Shown here: piece after piece, positions 57,321-64,000 of the stretch | Layout of the letters: each line of letters begins with the position of its first letter | Position numbering within the stretch: position 1 is the stretch's first letter | NCBI GenBank assembly: GCA_944381055.1 | Contig: CALWJQ010000014.1 | Span: 8,537-72,536, forward strand | DNA from: an uncultured Clostridia bacterium | GTDB lineage: Bacteria; Bacillota; Clostridia; Oscillospirales; Butyricicoccaceae | Reading direction: 5' to 3' | Length of the DNA stretch: 64,000 nucleotides | The notes under the pieces: generated by a model | Databases searched by the model: none | What the model was told of the DNA's origin: nothing | Seen by the model: the letters and a program-made list of their open reading frames with translations, nothing else | Program-made: the position numbers and the translations under genes

Positions 57321-57815
57321 TTATCCCTCGCGTTTCAGGCCAATCGACGACAGCGCCTCTTCTTCGCGGGCGCGCATGACGGCTTTCTGCGGTCCCTCGT
57401 CTACATGATCGTAGCCCAGCAGGTGCAGAATGGAATGAACGGTCAGATAGGCGCATTCGCGTTCGGCTGAATGGCCGAATTCTTCGGCCTGCGCCCGGGC
57501 ACGCTCCAGAGAGATGAGCACGTCGCCGAGAAAGAGCCGGCCGGTTTCGGGGTCGCGGTCCTGCTCCAAAGTGCCGCGGTAGCTGCCCTCGGCGAACTCC
57601 AGCATGGGAAAGGACAACACGTCGGTCGCACAGTCGATCTGGCGGATTTCGCGGTTGGCCGCCCGGATGCCCTCGTCATCGACCAGCGTGACGTCGACCT
57701 CGGCGTCAAACGGAAATTCAAAAAGCCCGAATGCCGCCCGCGCCGCCTGCGCGATCAGCTGCCGCTCCTGCGGGCAGTCAGTCCCAAGTTCGCTGTACAG
57801 AGTTACTTCCAGCAT
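57321..57815 (-). CDS. ybeY: rRNA maturation RNase YbeY
   Basis: GGAGG RBS then ATG 57815 (MLEVTLYSE); the track start 57878 is unlikely. Zinc motif HSILHLLGYDH. Confidence 0.93.
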   Translation of the reverse strand: MLEVTLYSELGTDCPQERQLIAQAARAAFGLFEFPFDAEVDVTLVDDEGIRAANREIRQIDCATDVLSFPMLEFAEGSYRGTLEQDRDPETGRLFLGDVLISLERARAQAEEFGHSAERECAYLTVHSILHLLGYDHVDEGPQKAVMRAREEEALSSIGLKREG

Positions 57816-57905
57816 GGCCTGTCCTCCTTTTTGCTGCGTTTTTTGTATGATTATACCATTTATCCCGTGCAGAGGCAATGATCCCGCCGCCCGCGGGATC
57901 TAAAC

Positions 57906-58721
57906 TCAGCCGCTCACACCGCCCTTTCCGGCGGTGTCGTCCAGCACTTCAAAGTCAGAAAGCACAATATCGGCGGCCTCGCTGGCTTTGGACAGGTTTT
58001 CCGGGGACATGGCCGCAAACTTGGCCAGCTCTTTTTGCAGTTTTTTTGCCATTGGTACAAAGGTAGCCGCCGACAAACCGCCTGAAATCAGCCCGCCGAT
58101 CACCGGCACGGCTTTGCTGACCGCTTTTCCCACGCTGTCTTTGGTCACTTTGACGCCTATCCAGGCCAGCACCTTTTTGGCGATGTTATAAACGGCGTAC
58201 TTGCTCAGCGGCTTGGCGGCCACTTTCGCGCCGATTTTTGCCGCGTTTGCCGCAGCCAGCTTGGCCAGGGCCGCCGTTGCGGCGCTCACCCCGAACATGA
58301 CGCCGAGGAAAATCATCAGGACGTTTTGCGTGGCGTCGTCCAGGTCAATATCCCTGTAACCGTATATATATGCGAGCTTTTGCGCGATGCGCAGGACATG
58401 CGCGTAAAACTGCGCCAAATCAGCGGGGACGGTTCCCGCGATGGCCCACCCGCCGGGGAATCCGGCCGCCGTGGACAGGGCCGTGACTTTGGTCGACTCA
58501 AAGCTGACGGCCCCTTTGGCAAGCCGGTTGAGCAAATCGACGGATACCCCGGCGTTTACCGTCCCGTTTTCCAACGCGTCTGCAAGCCGTGCGGGGCTGA
58601 TTTTCCCTTTCAGCTGTTTGGTCAAAAACTCTTCCCTATCGATTTTGCAATAGGGCAGCTTACAGGCTGCGGATATCATCTCTTCTACGCCCATTTTGGC
58701 GGCATTTGCCTTTTCGTCCAT
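57906..58721 (-). CDS. EcsC-family-like protein
   Basis: ATG 58721 (MDEKANAAKM) lies 25 nt after the phoH stop; the track start 58823 would overlap phoH. The central stretch AAGFPGGWAIAGTVPADLAQFYAHVLRIAQKLAYIYGYRD resembles the EcsC family core. Gly/Ala-rich hydrophobic segments follow. Confidence 0.5.
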   Translation of the reverse strand: MDEKANAAKMGVEEMISAACKLPYCKIDREEFLTKQLKGKISPARLADALENGTVNAGVSVDLLNRLAKGAVSFESTKVTALSTAAGFPGGWAIAGTVPADLAQFYAHVLRIAQKLAYIYGYRDIDLDDATQNVLMIFLGVMFGVSAATAALAKLAAANAAKIGAKVAAKPLSKYAVYNIAKKVLAWIGVKVTKDSVGKAVSKAVPVIGGLISGGLSAATFVPMAKKLQKELAKFAAMSPENLSKASEAADIVLSDFEVLDDTAGKGGVSG

Positions 58722-58746
58722 ATTTTCCCGCCTTTTCCTTCTCTTT

Positions 58747-59754
58747 TTATTTCTTATAATAGCGATGGCTTCCGGTGTTTTTACGGGGCTGCTGTTTGGA
58801 CGACTGCTCTTCGTACTTTTCAAATGCTTTGACGATCTGCCCGACCAGCTTGTGGCGCACGACGTCGCGGCCTGTCAGTTCGACGACCTCGATGCCCTCG
58901 ATGCCCTGCAAAAGCTCGGCGCATTTTTTCAGCCCCGACTCGCTGCCCGCCGGCAGGTCAATCTGCGTGACGTCGCCGGTCAGGATCATGCGCGAGCCCT
59001 CGCCCAGGCGGGTCAGAATCATTTTGAGCGATGTCATGACCAGGTTCTGGCATTCGTCGACGATAACACCGGCGTTTTTCAGGGTGCGGCCGCGCATATA
59101 GGCGAGCGGCGCGACCTCAATGGTGCGGTTTTCCACATACTTCTGCACCGTGTCATGCCCCAGGATTTCGTCGAGCGCGTCGTACAGCGGGCGCAGATAA
59201 GGGTCGACCTTGTTCTGCAGGTCGCCGGGCAGGAAGCCCAGCTTTTCGCCCGCTTCGACGGCCGGCCGGCACATGATGATTTTGTCGATTTCCTTGCGCT
59301 TGAGCATGGCGACGACAGCCGCCACCGCCAGACAGGTCTTGCCGGTGCCGGCCGGGCCGATGCAGATAGCGACGGTGTTGTTTTTGATGGCTTCCAGGTA
59401 CCGGCGCTGCCCGATGGTGCGGCATTTGACGGGCGCGCCGCGGTGGGTGACGACAATCGTGTCTTTCATGGCGGCCAGCGCCGCTTCGGCGTCGCCGGTG
59501 CGCACCAGGTCGATGACGCGCAGCACGGCAAACTCGTCAACCGCCTCGCCTGCGCGGCGCATCAGGCACAGCGTCCGCAGCGTCTCGGCGGCCAGTTCGA
59601 CGTCTTCGGTGATTTCGCCCTTGACCTCGACGGTTCCGTCGCGGGTCAGGACCGACACCCCCAGGTGCTGTTCAATGGTTTTTAAATTGACGTCGCCGAC
59701 GCCGAAAACATCCTGCAAAACGGCGATGTCCAGTTCCATAGTAATTGTGTGCAA
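58747..59754 (-). CDS. phoH: PhoH family ATPase
   Basis: 335 aa. Walker A GPAGTGKT and a PhoH-type C-terminal domain (LTGDVTQIDLP). Confidence 0.93.
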   Translation of the reverse strand: MHTITMELDIAVLQDVFGVGDVNLKTIEQHLGVSVLTRDGTVEVKGEITEDVELAAETLRTLCLMRRAGEAVDEFAVLRVIDLVRTGDAEAALAAMKDTIVVTHRGAPVKCRTIGQRRYLEAIKNNTVAICIGPAGTGKTCLAVAAVVAMLKRKEIDKIIMCRPAVEAGEKLGFLPGDLQNKVDPYLRPLYDALDEILGHDTVQKYVENRTIEVAPLAYMRGRTLKNAGVIVDECQNLVMTSLKMILTRLGEGSRMILTGDVTQIDLPAGSESGLKKCAELLQGIEGIEVVELTGRDVVRHKLVGQIVKAFEKYEEQSSKQQPRKNTGSHRYYKK

Positions 59755-59784
59755 AGGTCTTCCTCACTTCCATCATATCCTGAC

Positions 59785-60978
59785 TTACGGCTGCCCGGAT
59801 GCCGCGCCGAGCGGCACCTGCACTCCGCAGCGCTCGAGGCACTCGGCGCGCAGCGTGGCGGTCAGGCGGCCGTTTTCTTTTTCAAACCGGTATTCCAGCT
59901 CGGTGACAGCGCCGTCCGCCTGCCGGCCGAGCATGTCGAGCAGACGGGCACGCAGGGTTTCGGCGCATTTTTCTTCGCTCAGTTCCAGCGGCGCGCGCGC
60001 CAGCTCGGTATAGGTTTCGGTCACCAGCGTCAGCGGGAACCGCAGCCCGTCCGACACGGACAGCGGCTGCTTCTCTACCTTTTTATCATAACACGCAAAC
60101 GGCTCACTTTCAACAAGATATAAATTCACTCTCTTCGATCCGATCAGCAGCGCATACCGCGTCTTTGTCCTGCCGGTCGGCGACGCGGCGTCGATGCGGT
60201 CGGACAGCGTCAGCCGCGCAGTGCGCCATGTCCGCAGCACCGCTTCGGCGTCGGCGTGCACCTGCCAGGTTTCTCCCTGCTGGCTCAGCATCGTTCCCGA
60301 CGCCAGCAAATCCCCGGCTTCGACGGTCTTGCCCACCTCGGTCATGGCGGTTCCGCTGCGCACAATCAGGCTGTCCACGACGCCGGTCTTATCGGCCACA
60401 ACATCGCAGGGCGTGTCAACCCCCAGATCTTCGCGTTCGGTTCCGCGCTCGCGCACGATGACCTGCGCATGGCTGCCGCTTAAATTAACCGCCATATACG
60501 CCAGCCGGTCGGTCTGCATCAGCACGGCAGTGCGCACCTGTTCGGCATCGATCCCCGACGTCCGCGCGCCGACGCGCAGCCCGTTCTGTTCCAGAAGCGT
60601 CATGACCTCGGCCTGCGGCATGGTCTCGCAGCCCTCGATGCTGATGGTCCAGACAAAACCGGACAAAGCGTACAGCATCGCGCCGCACAAAAGCCCGCCG
60701 GCCAGCAGGGCATGACGGCGGCGCAGCCGCCGCCCGTAAAAAGGCGCGCCCGACTTGCCTGTAACGCGGATGCGGCACATAGTCCGCCGCGCGTAGGGCC
60801 GCAGGGCGAAAAAGCCGCCGATGCGGACGCTCGCCTCGATGCGGTCGGGCGCAATGCGCCGAACGCCCCAAAAAGCGATGCCGTTGGCGGCGCACACATT
60901 CAAAAACCGCTCTGTCCCCGCCCCCTGCACCGAAATACGCACGCTGCCGCGCAGAAAATTCAGGCACTGCATGAGCAT
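59785..60978 (-). CDS. yqfD: sporulation protein YqfD
   Basis: 397 aa. N-terminal FLRGSVRISVQGAGTERFLNVCAANGIAFWGV and one TM helix. It follows yqfC as in Bacillus. Confidence 0.85.
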   Translation of the reverse strand: MLMQCLNFLRGSVRISVQGAGTERFLNVCAANGIAFWGVRRIAPDRIEASVRIGGFFALRPYARRTMCRIRVTGKSGAPFYGRRLRRRHALLAGGLLCGAMLYALSGFVWTISIEGCETMPQAEVMTLLEQNGLRVGARTSGIDAEQVRTAVLMQTDRLAYMAVNLSGSHAQVIVRERGTEREDLGVDTPCDVVADKTGVVDSLIVRSGTAMTEVGKTVEAGDLLASGTMLSQQGETWQVHADAEAVLRTWRTARLTLSDRIDAASPTGRTKTRYALLIGSKRVNLYLVESEPFACYDKKVEKQPLSVSDGLRFPLTLVTETYTELARAPLELSEEKCAETLRARLLDMLGRQADGAVTELEYRFEKENGRLTATLRAECLERCGVQVPLGAASGQP

Positions 60979-60993
60979 CGTCCCGCCCCCCTT

Positions 60994-61296
60994 TCAGCGC
61001 TGCAGCTCGACCGACGCTATCAGCCCGGTCACGGTGATTTCGGTCTTTGTCATTGTCCGCAGCTGCAAGTCCATGCCCGTCACCCGGATGGCCATGCCGC
61101 GCGCCGCAACGCGGATGCACTCTTCACTGTATTCCAGCACCCCGTGGTGCCGCTCAATCAGCAGCTGCCCGCCCCCGGTCAGTTCGATGCGCGGCACGTC
61201 AAGCAACGCATATGCGGGCGCGTCCATTTCGAGCATCGCCTGCCGCACCTGCTCGCGCCAGGGGACTTTATTCCCCGAATCCCGTTTCTTCATCAC
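60994..61296 (-). CDS. yqfC: sporulation protein YqfC (YabP family)
   Basis: 100 aa. Contains LDVPRIELTGGGQLLIERHHGVLEYSEECIRV, typical of YabP/YqfC. Confidence 0.85.
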   Translation of the reverse strand: MMKKRDSGNKVPWREQVRQAMLEMDAPAYALLDVPRIELTGGGQLLIERHHGVLEYSEECIRVAARGMAIRVTGMDLQLRTMTKTEITVTGLIASVELQR

Positions 61297-61370
61297 ACTG
61301 TTTCCCTCCGCATGTGCTTCGGCGCTTTCGCATATAATCTGGCAAAGCCCACACGAAACGGAGCCTTGCT

Positions 61371-62537
61371 ATGAACAGTATATTGCAAAAACGTGTTGTT
61401 GAGACGCAGATTTACCTGCTTATCGGGATTTTTGCCTTGGGGCTGGTGCTGTTTGCCCGCGAAACGTCGCAGGCCGCTGCCGGGGCGCTCGCGCTGTGCG
61501 CGCAGGTACTTGTCCCGTCGCTCTTCCCGTTTTTCGTCGTGTCCTCGCTGTGCGTGCAGACCGGGATGGCTTTTTTGGCAGGCCGCGCTTTTGAAAAGCC
61601 CATGCGGCTTCTGTTCGGCGTGCCCGGCGCATGCGCCCCGGCCTTTGTCCTGGGGCTGGTCGGCGGCTACCCGGTGGGCGCGCAGGCCGTTGTCTCTCTG
61701 TACAAACAGGGCGTATGCACCAAAACGGAAGCAGAACGCCTGCTCGCATTCTGCAACAACTGCGGCCCCGCCTTTATCTTCGGCGCCGTCGGGGCATCCA
61801 TGCTGGGTGGCAGCGGAGCCGGTGCACTGCTGTATGTCCCCCACATACTGGCCTCGGCGGCCGTCGGCGTCCTGTTTTCCCTGCGCGCGCGGCGGGGCGG
61901 TTCAGAAGGCCGCCCCCACGCCGGCATCGTCTGCACGCCGTTCAGCCGCGCCTTTACCACTGCCGTGACCACATCGTTTTCTTCAGTGCTCAACGTCTGC
62001 GCTTTTGTCATTTTTTTCGCCGTCGCTATCCGGCTGCTGCACCTGCTTGGTGTCATTCCCGCGCTGGCAAACGCACTGAATGCGCTGGTTCCCGCGCTCG
62101 ACCCCGGTCTTGCCGACCAGATGCTGAGCGGGCTGCTCGAAGTGACGAGCGGCGTCAAGGGCCTGCTGTCCCTGGACACCGGAATGGCGGTTCGTCTGAC
62201 CGCCGCTGCCTTTCTGCTGGGCTGGGCCGGGCTTTCGGTACACTGCCAGGTCGTCGCCCTGATCGGCGGCAGCGGATTGTCCCCCCTGCCGTATATGGCC
62301 GGCAAAGCCCTGCAAGGCTGCCTGGCTGCGCTGCTGACCTGGCTCGCCCTGTCCCTGTTTCCCGCCGCGGCCGCCGTTTCAGGGACGTCGTCCGCTCCCA
62401 TCCCTTTTCCTGCCGATTTTCCCTCCCTTTTCTGGCCCGCTTTTGCTTCGTCTGTCGTATGCTGGCTGAGCTTTGCCGCCCTTTCCCTGCTTTTCCGGCT
62501 CATTACCCGTTGTAAAAACAGGGGGTTTCCTGTATAA
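61371..62537 (+). CDS. ylbJ: sporulation integral membrane protein YlbJ (nucleoside-recognition-domain family)
   Basis: 388 aa. Contains VLVPSLFPFFVVSSL, GLVGGYPVGAQAV and AFCNNCGPAFIFGAVG. Confidence 0.85.
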   Translation: MNSILQKRVVETQIYLLIGIFALGLVLFARETSQAAAGALALCAQVLVPSLFPFFVVSSLCVQTGMAFLAGRAFEKPMRLLFGVPGACAPAFVLGLVGGYPVGAQAVVSLYKQGVCTKTEAERLLAFCNNCGPAFIFGAVGASMLGGSGAGALLYVPHILASAAVGVLFSLRARRGGSEGRPHAGIVCTPFSRAFTTAVTTSFSSVLNVCAFVIFFAVAIRLLHLLGVIPALANALNALVPALDPGLADQMLSGLLEVTSGVKGLLSLDTGMAVRLTAAAFLLGWAGLSVHCQVVALIGGSGLSPLPYMAGKALQGCLAALLTWLALSLFPAAAAVSGTSSAPIPFPADFPSLFWPAFASSVVCWLSFAALSLLFRLITRCKNRGFPV

Positions 62538-62571
62538 TGATGTCAAAAGCATCGCAAAGGAGGCGCAGGCA

Positions 62572-62778
62572 TTGCTGTACGACGAACCGCCCCGCAGGGT
62601 ATGCGCCCTGTGTCAGCACGCCCGCGATTTTCGCGGCGACGAAATGCTGTGCACGAAAAAAGGACCTGTGTCCTTTGACTTCCACTGCCGTCATTTCCGT
62701 TACGACCCCATGCGCCGAAAGCCGTCGGCGCCTGCGCTGCCCCGCGCCCTGCCCGCGCCAGAGGCTTCTCAGCTGTAA
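62572..62778 (+). CDS. small hypothetical Cys-containing protein (68 aa)
   Basis: AAGGAGG at 62558..62564 then TTG 62572, in frame with track ORF 62473..62778. Sequence (M)LYDEPPRRVCALCQHARDFRGDEMLCTKKGPVSFDFHCRHFRYDP contains CxxC...C...CxH. The tail is Pro/Ala-rich. Confidence 0.45.
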   Translation: MLYDEPPRRVCALCQHARDFRGDEMLCTKKGPVSFDFHCRHFRYDPMRRKPSAPALPRALPAPEASQL

Positions 62779-62849
62779 AGAAAGAGCGTTCCCACTCGGC
62801 TCTTTCCCCACCGCAAACGCTTCGCTGGTTTGCGCCGGGGGCCTAACCC

Positions 62850-63086
62850 CATTCGGCTCACTTCGTTCGAGCCTCATGGGGGCCCCATTTATTTAATTGC
62901 TTCGGGTCGGCAAAGCCTCCCCTCTGCATACGCCGCCACCCGGCGGCGTCCCGGCTGCGCCGGGTCCCATTCGGCTCACTTCGTTCGAGCCTCATGGGGG
63001 CCCCTTTGATTCAATTGCTCCGGGTCGGCAAAGCCTCCCCTTCGCACACGCCGCCACCCGGCGGCGTCCCGGCTGCGCCGGGTCCC
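62850..63086. repeat. 118-bp GC-rich tandem repeat, two full copies
   Basis: Unit 1 is 62850..62967 and unit 2 is 62968..63085, with about 7 mismatches by eye. Each unit carries the hairpins CGCCGCC-ACCC-GGCGGCG and CCCGGC-TGC-GCCGGG. A weak partial copy lies upstream at about 62800..62849. Confidence 0.9.
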
Positions 63087-63384
63087 GAGGATGCCGCACG
63101 GATGCTTTTTACACACCGGCGCGTCCCACAGGGCCCTGCGTCATCCTCGCGAAGCGAGCTTGACGCCCCAAGCACCAACCTTTAGCAGGGAATGGATTCA
63201 ACGCTGCTGTCGCCGCGCGGCTCAAGGCGCTTGCCGCCGTCCGCGCGGCATTGGTTACGTTTTGGGCGTTTTTTGGTACTTTTTGTCGCTCGTGACAAAA
63301 AGTACGGCCTTCCCCCCGTGGCGGTGCGCAGCCGACAGGCACTGGGCTCCGCCGGCCTTCGGAATCGGCCAGATCTTTCCTCAT

Positions 63385-63722
63385 CCGCCGCAGCTGGAGC
63401 ACCGGCTGGCTGCTGGTCCGGCATGGGTGCAAAGTGACCTTGTGTTTACCGATGAACGCAGGCTGCACCTGACGAAATCCGCCGTTTATCGTGCCTTCAA
63501 AAAAGTGGTTGCATCCATCGGGCGGCCTGACGCGCGCTTTCACGACCTGCGGCATTCGTATGCCGTGGCCGCCATTCATTCCGGGGACGATATCAAAACG
63601 GTCCAGAGCAATCTCGGCCACGCCACAGCGGCACGCTGGACGTTTACGGGCATATCACCGACAAAATGAAGCAGGAAAGCGCCGCCCGCATGGAGCAGTT
63701 CATTCAAAGCATTTCGGGGTAA
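63385..63722 (+). pseudogene. tyrosine recombinase/phage-type integrase remnant (C-terminal ~110 codons only, frameshifted)
   Basis: The frame reads PQLEHRLAAGPAWVQSDLVFTDE...ARFHDLRHSYAVAAIHSGDDIKTVQSNLGHATAA. At about 63631..63636 the reading frame shifts. It then continues LDVYGHITDKMKQESAARMEQFIQSISG to a stop at 63720..63722. The R..HxxR..Y catalytic region is present, but the N-terminal ~70% of the protein is missing. Confidence 0.8.
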
Positions 63723-63770
63723 TTTTCTGTAAGGGGTCAAAGTTGGGGTCAAAAGACTAAAAAAGACAAC

Positions 63771-63808
63771 AAAAAAACCCTGTAACCATTGCGGTTACAG
63801 GGTTTTTT
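63771..63808. terminator. bidirectional rho-independent terminator
   Basis: A7 run, then 10-bp stem CCCTGTAACC / GGTTACAGGG with loop ATTGC, then a T6 run. It lies between the integrase remnant and the 3' end of tRNA-Cys. Confidence 0.85.
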
Positions 63809-63810
63809 GT

Positions 63811-63885
63811 TGGAGGCGCCACCCAGATTTGAACTGGGGAATCAGGGTTTTGCAGACCCGTGCCTTACCTCTTGGCTATGGCGCC
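63811..63885 (-). tRNA. tRNA-Cys (anticodon GCA)
   Basis: The minus strand reads GGCGCCATAGCCAAGAGGTAAGGCACGGGTCTGCAAAACCCTGATTCCCCAGTTCAAATCTGGGTGGCGCCTCCA. It has a 7-bp acceptor stem, a T-arm CCCAG-TTCAAAT-CTGGG, an anticodon loop CTGCAAA, a U73 discriminator and an encoded CCA. Confidence 0.95.
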
Positions 63886-64000
63886 ATACAATACGACAGG
63901 AGCTTTGAAACACCAAAAACTCCTGTCTTTTTCTCACGAGATTTTCTCTCATTCACCTTCCTGTGTTTCCACTTCCATATGGCTCCCTTAAAAGCCATAT

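Noticed and set aside
62850-63086. Tandem repeats considered as a possible CRISPR array.
   Set aside because: The units are 118 bp and directly abutting, with no unique spacers. There are only two copies, and no cas genes are in the window.
62537-63163. Track ORFs 62537..62896 (119 aa), 62897..63163 (88 aa) and 62503..62877 (-) as real genes.
   Set aside because: They read through the GC-rich structured repeats and have no RBS. Their translations are low-complexity (Pro/Arg/Gly/Cys runs), and the repeat duplication generates the apparent peptide repeats.
63109-63621. 170-aa minus-strand ORF.
   Set aside because: It is antisense to the integrase remnant and the repeat region, and has no motifs or RBS.
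63895-64000. Hairpin GACAGGAG...CTCCTGTC followed by TTTTT (63895..63932), and the palindrome ATATGGCT...AGCCATAT at the window end.
   Set aside because: The T-run orientation fits a plus-strand terminator, but no plus-strand gene precedes it. The context beyond the window edge is unknown, so no call can be made.
1-64000. Searched by eye for known defence or mobile modules: restriction-modification, toxin-antitoxin, reverse transcriptase/retron, Cas, Abi, CBASS/Thoeris-type enzymes, transposases and phage structural genes.
   Set aside because: None of the ORFs shows the corresponding motifs. The only mobile-element trace is the integrase remnant next to tRNA-Cys. The window is dominated by housekeeping, division, sporulation and transport genes.

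Overview
High-GC (about 60-65% by eye) Firmicutes/Clostridia-type chromosomal segment. It is almost fully coding and most genes lie on the minus strand. Content from left to right:
- purB, cut by the window edge and absent from the supplied ORF track.
- An LtaS-family sulfatase.
- A MocR regulator divergent from an ECF S-component-like gene.
- An alpha/beta hydrolase.
- A tightly packed MFP / ABC ATPase / FtsX permease / SLH wall-protein cluster with a divergent OmpR-HK pair.
- M14-like and S9 peptidases.
- A five-gene Opp/Dpp-type peptide importer and a second OmpR-HK pair. Both sit in a visibly lower-GC block at about 18.4-26.6 kb.
- A two-gene operon: an anchored unknown ectoprotein plus a SLOG/DUF1273 protein.
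- A pyruvyl-transferase/ferredoxin/FrhB-like fusion.
- MATE, lysC, an AI-2E (YtvI-like) transporter and a second MATE.
- A compact dcw cluster: mraZ-rsmH-ftsL-PBP-murE-mraY-ftsW-murG-murA-ftsQ-ftsZ.
- A coiled-coil protein, coaD, rsmD and uvrC.
- An HPr-like protein with Tyr at the His15 position.
- DUF554, mutS2 and recO.
- A 31-aa yqzL-like ORF that is not in the track.
- era, ybeY, an EcsC-like protein, phoH, yqfD, yqfC, ylbJ and a small Cys-containing ORF.
- GC-rich structured tandem repeats.
- A 5'-truncated, frameshifted tyrosine-integrase remnant and tRNA-Cys(GCA).

The sporulation genes (yqfC, yqfD, ylbJ, and SpoVD/SpoVE-type genes) suggest an endospore-forming clostridial lineage, possibly Oscillospiraceae-like; this is inference only. 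I see no rRNA, CRISPR array, intact mobile element or recognisable defence system.

I did not find an unambiguous novel system. The most unusual items are:
1. The efflux operon that runs into an SLH protein gene.
2. The anchored-ectoprotein + SLOG operon, which sits next to an orphan pyruvyl-transferase/Fe-S/FrhB fusion.
3. The structured 118-bp repeats beside the integrase remnant.

Many long ORFs in the track are antisense shadow ORFs typical of high-GC DNA and were not called.
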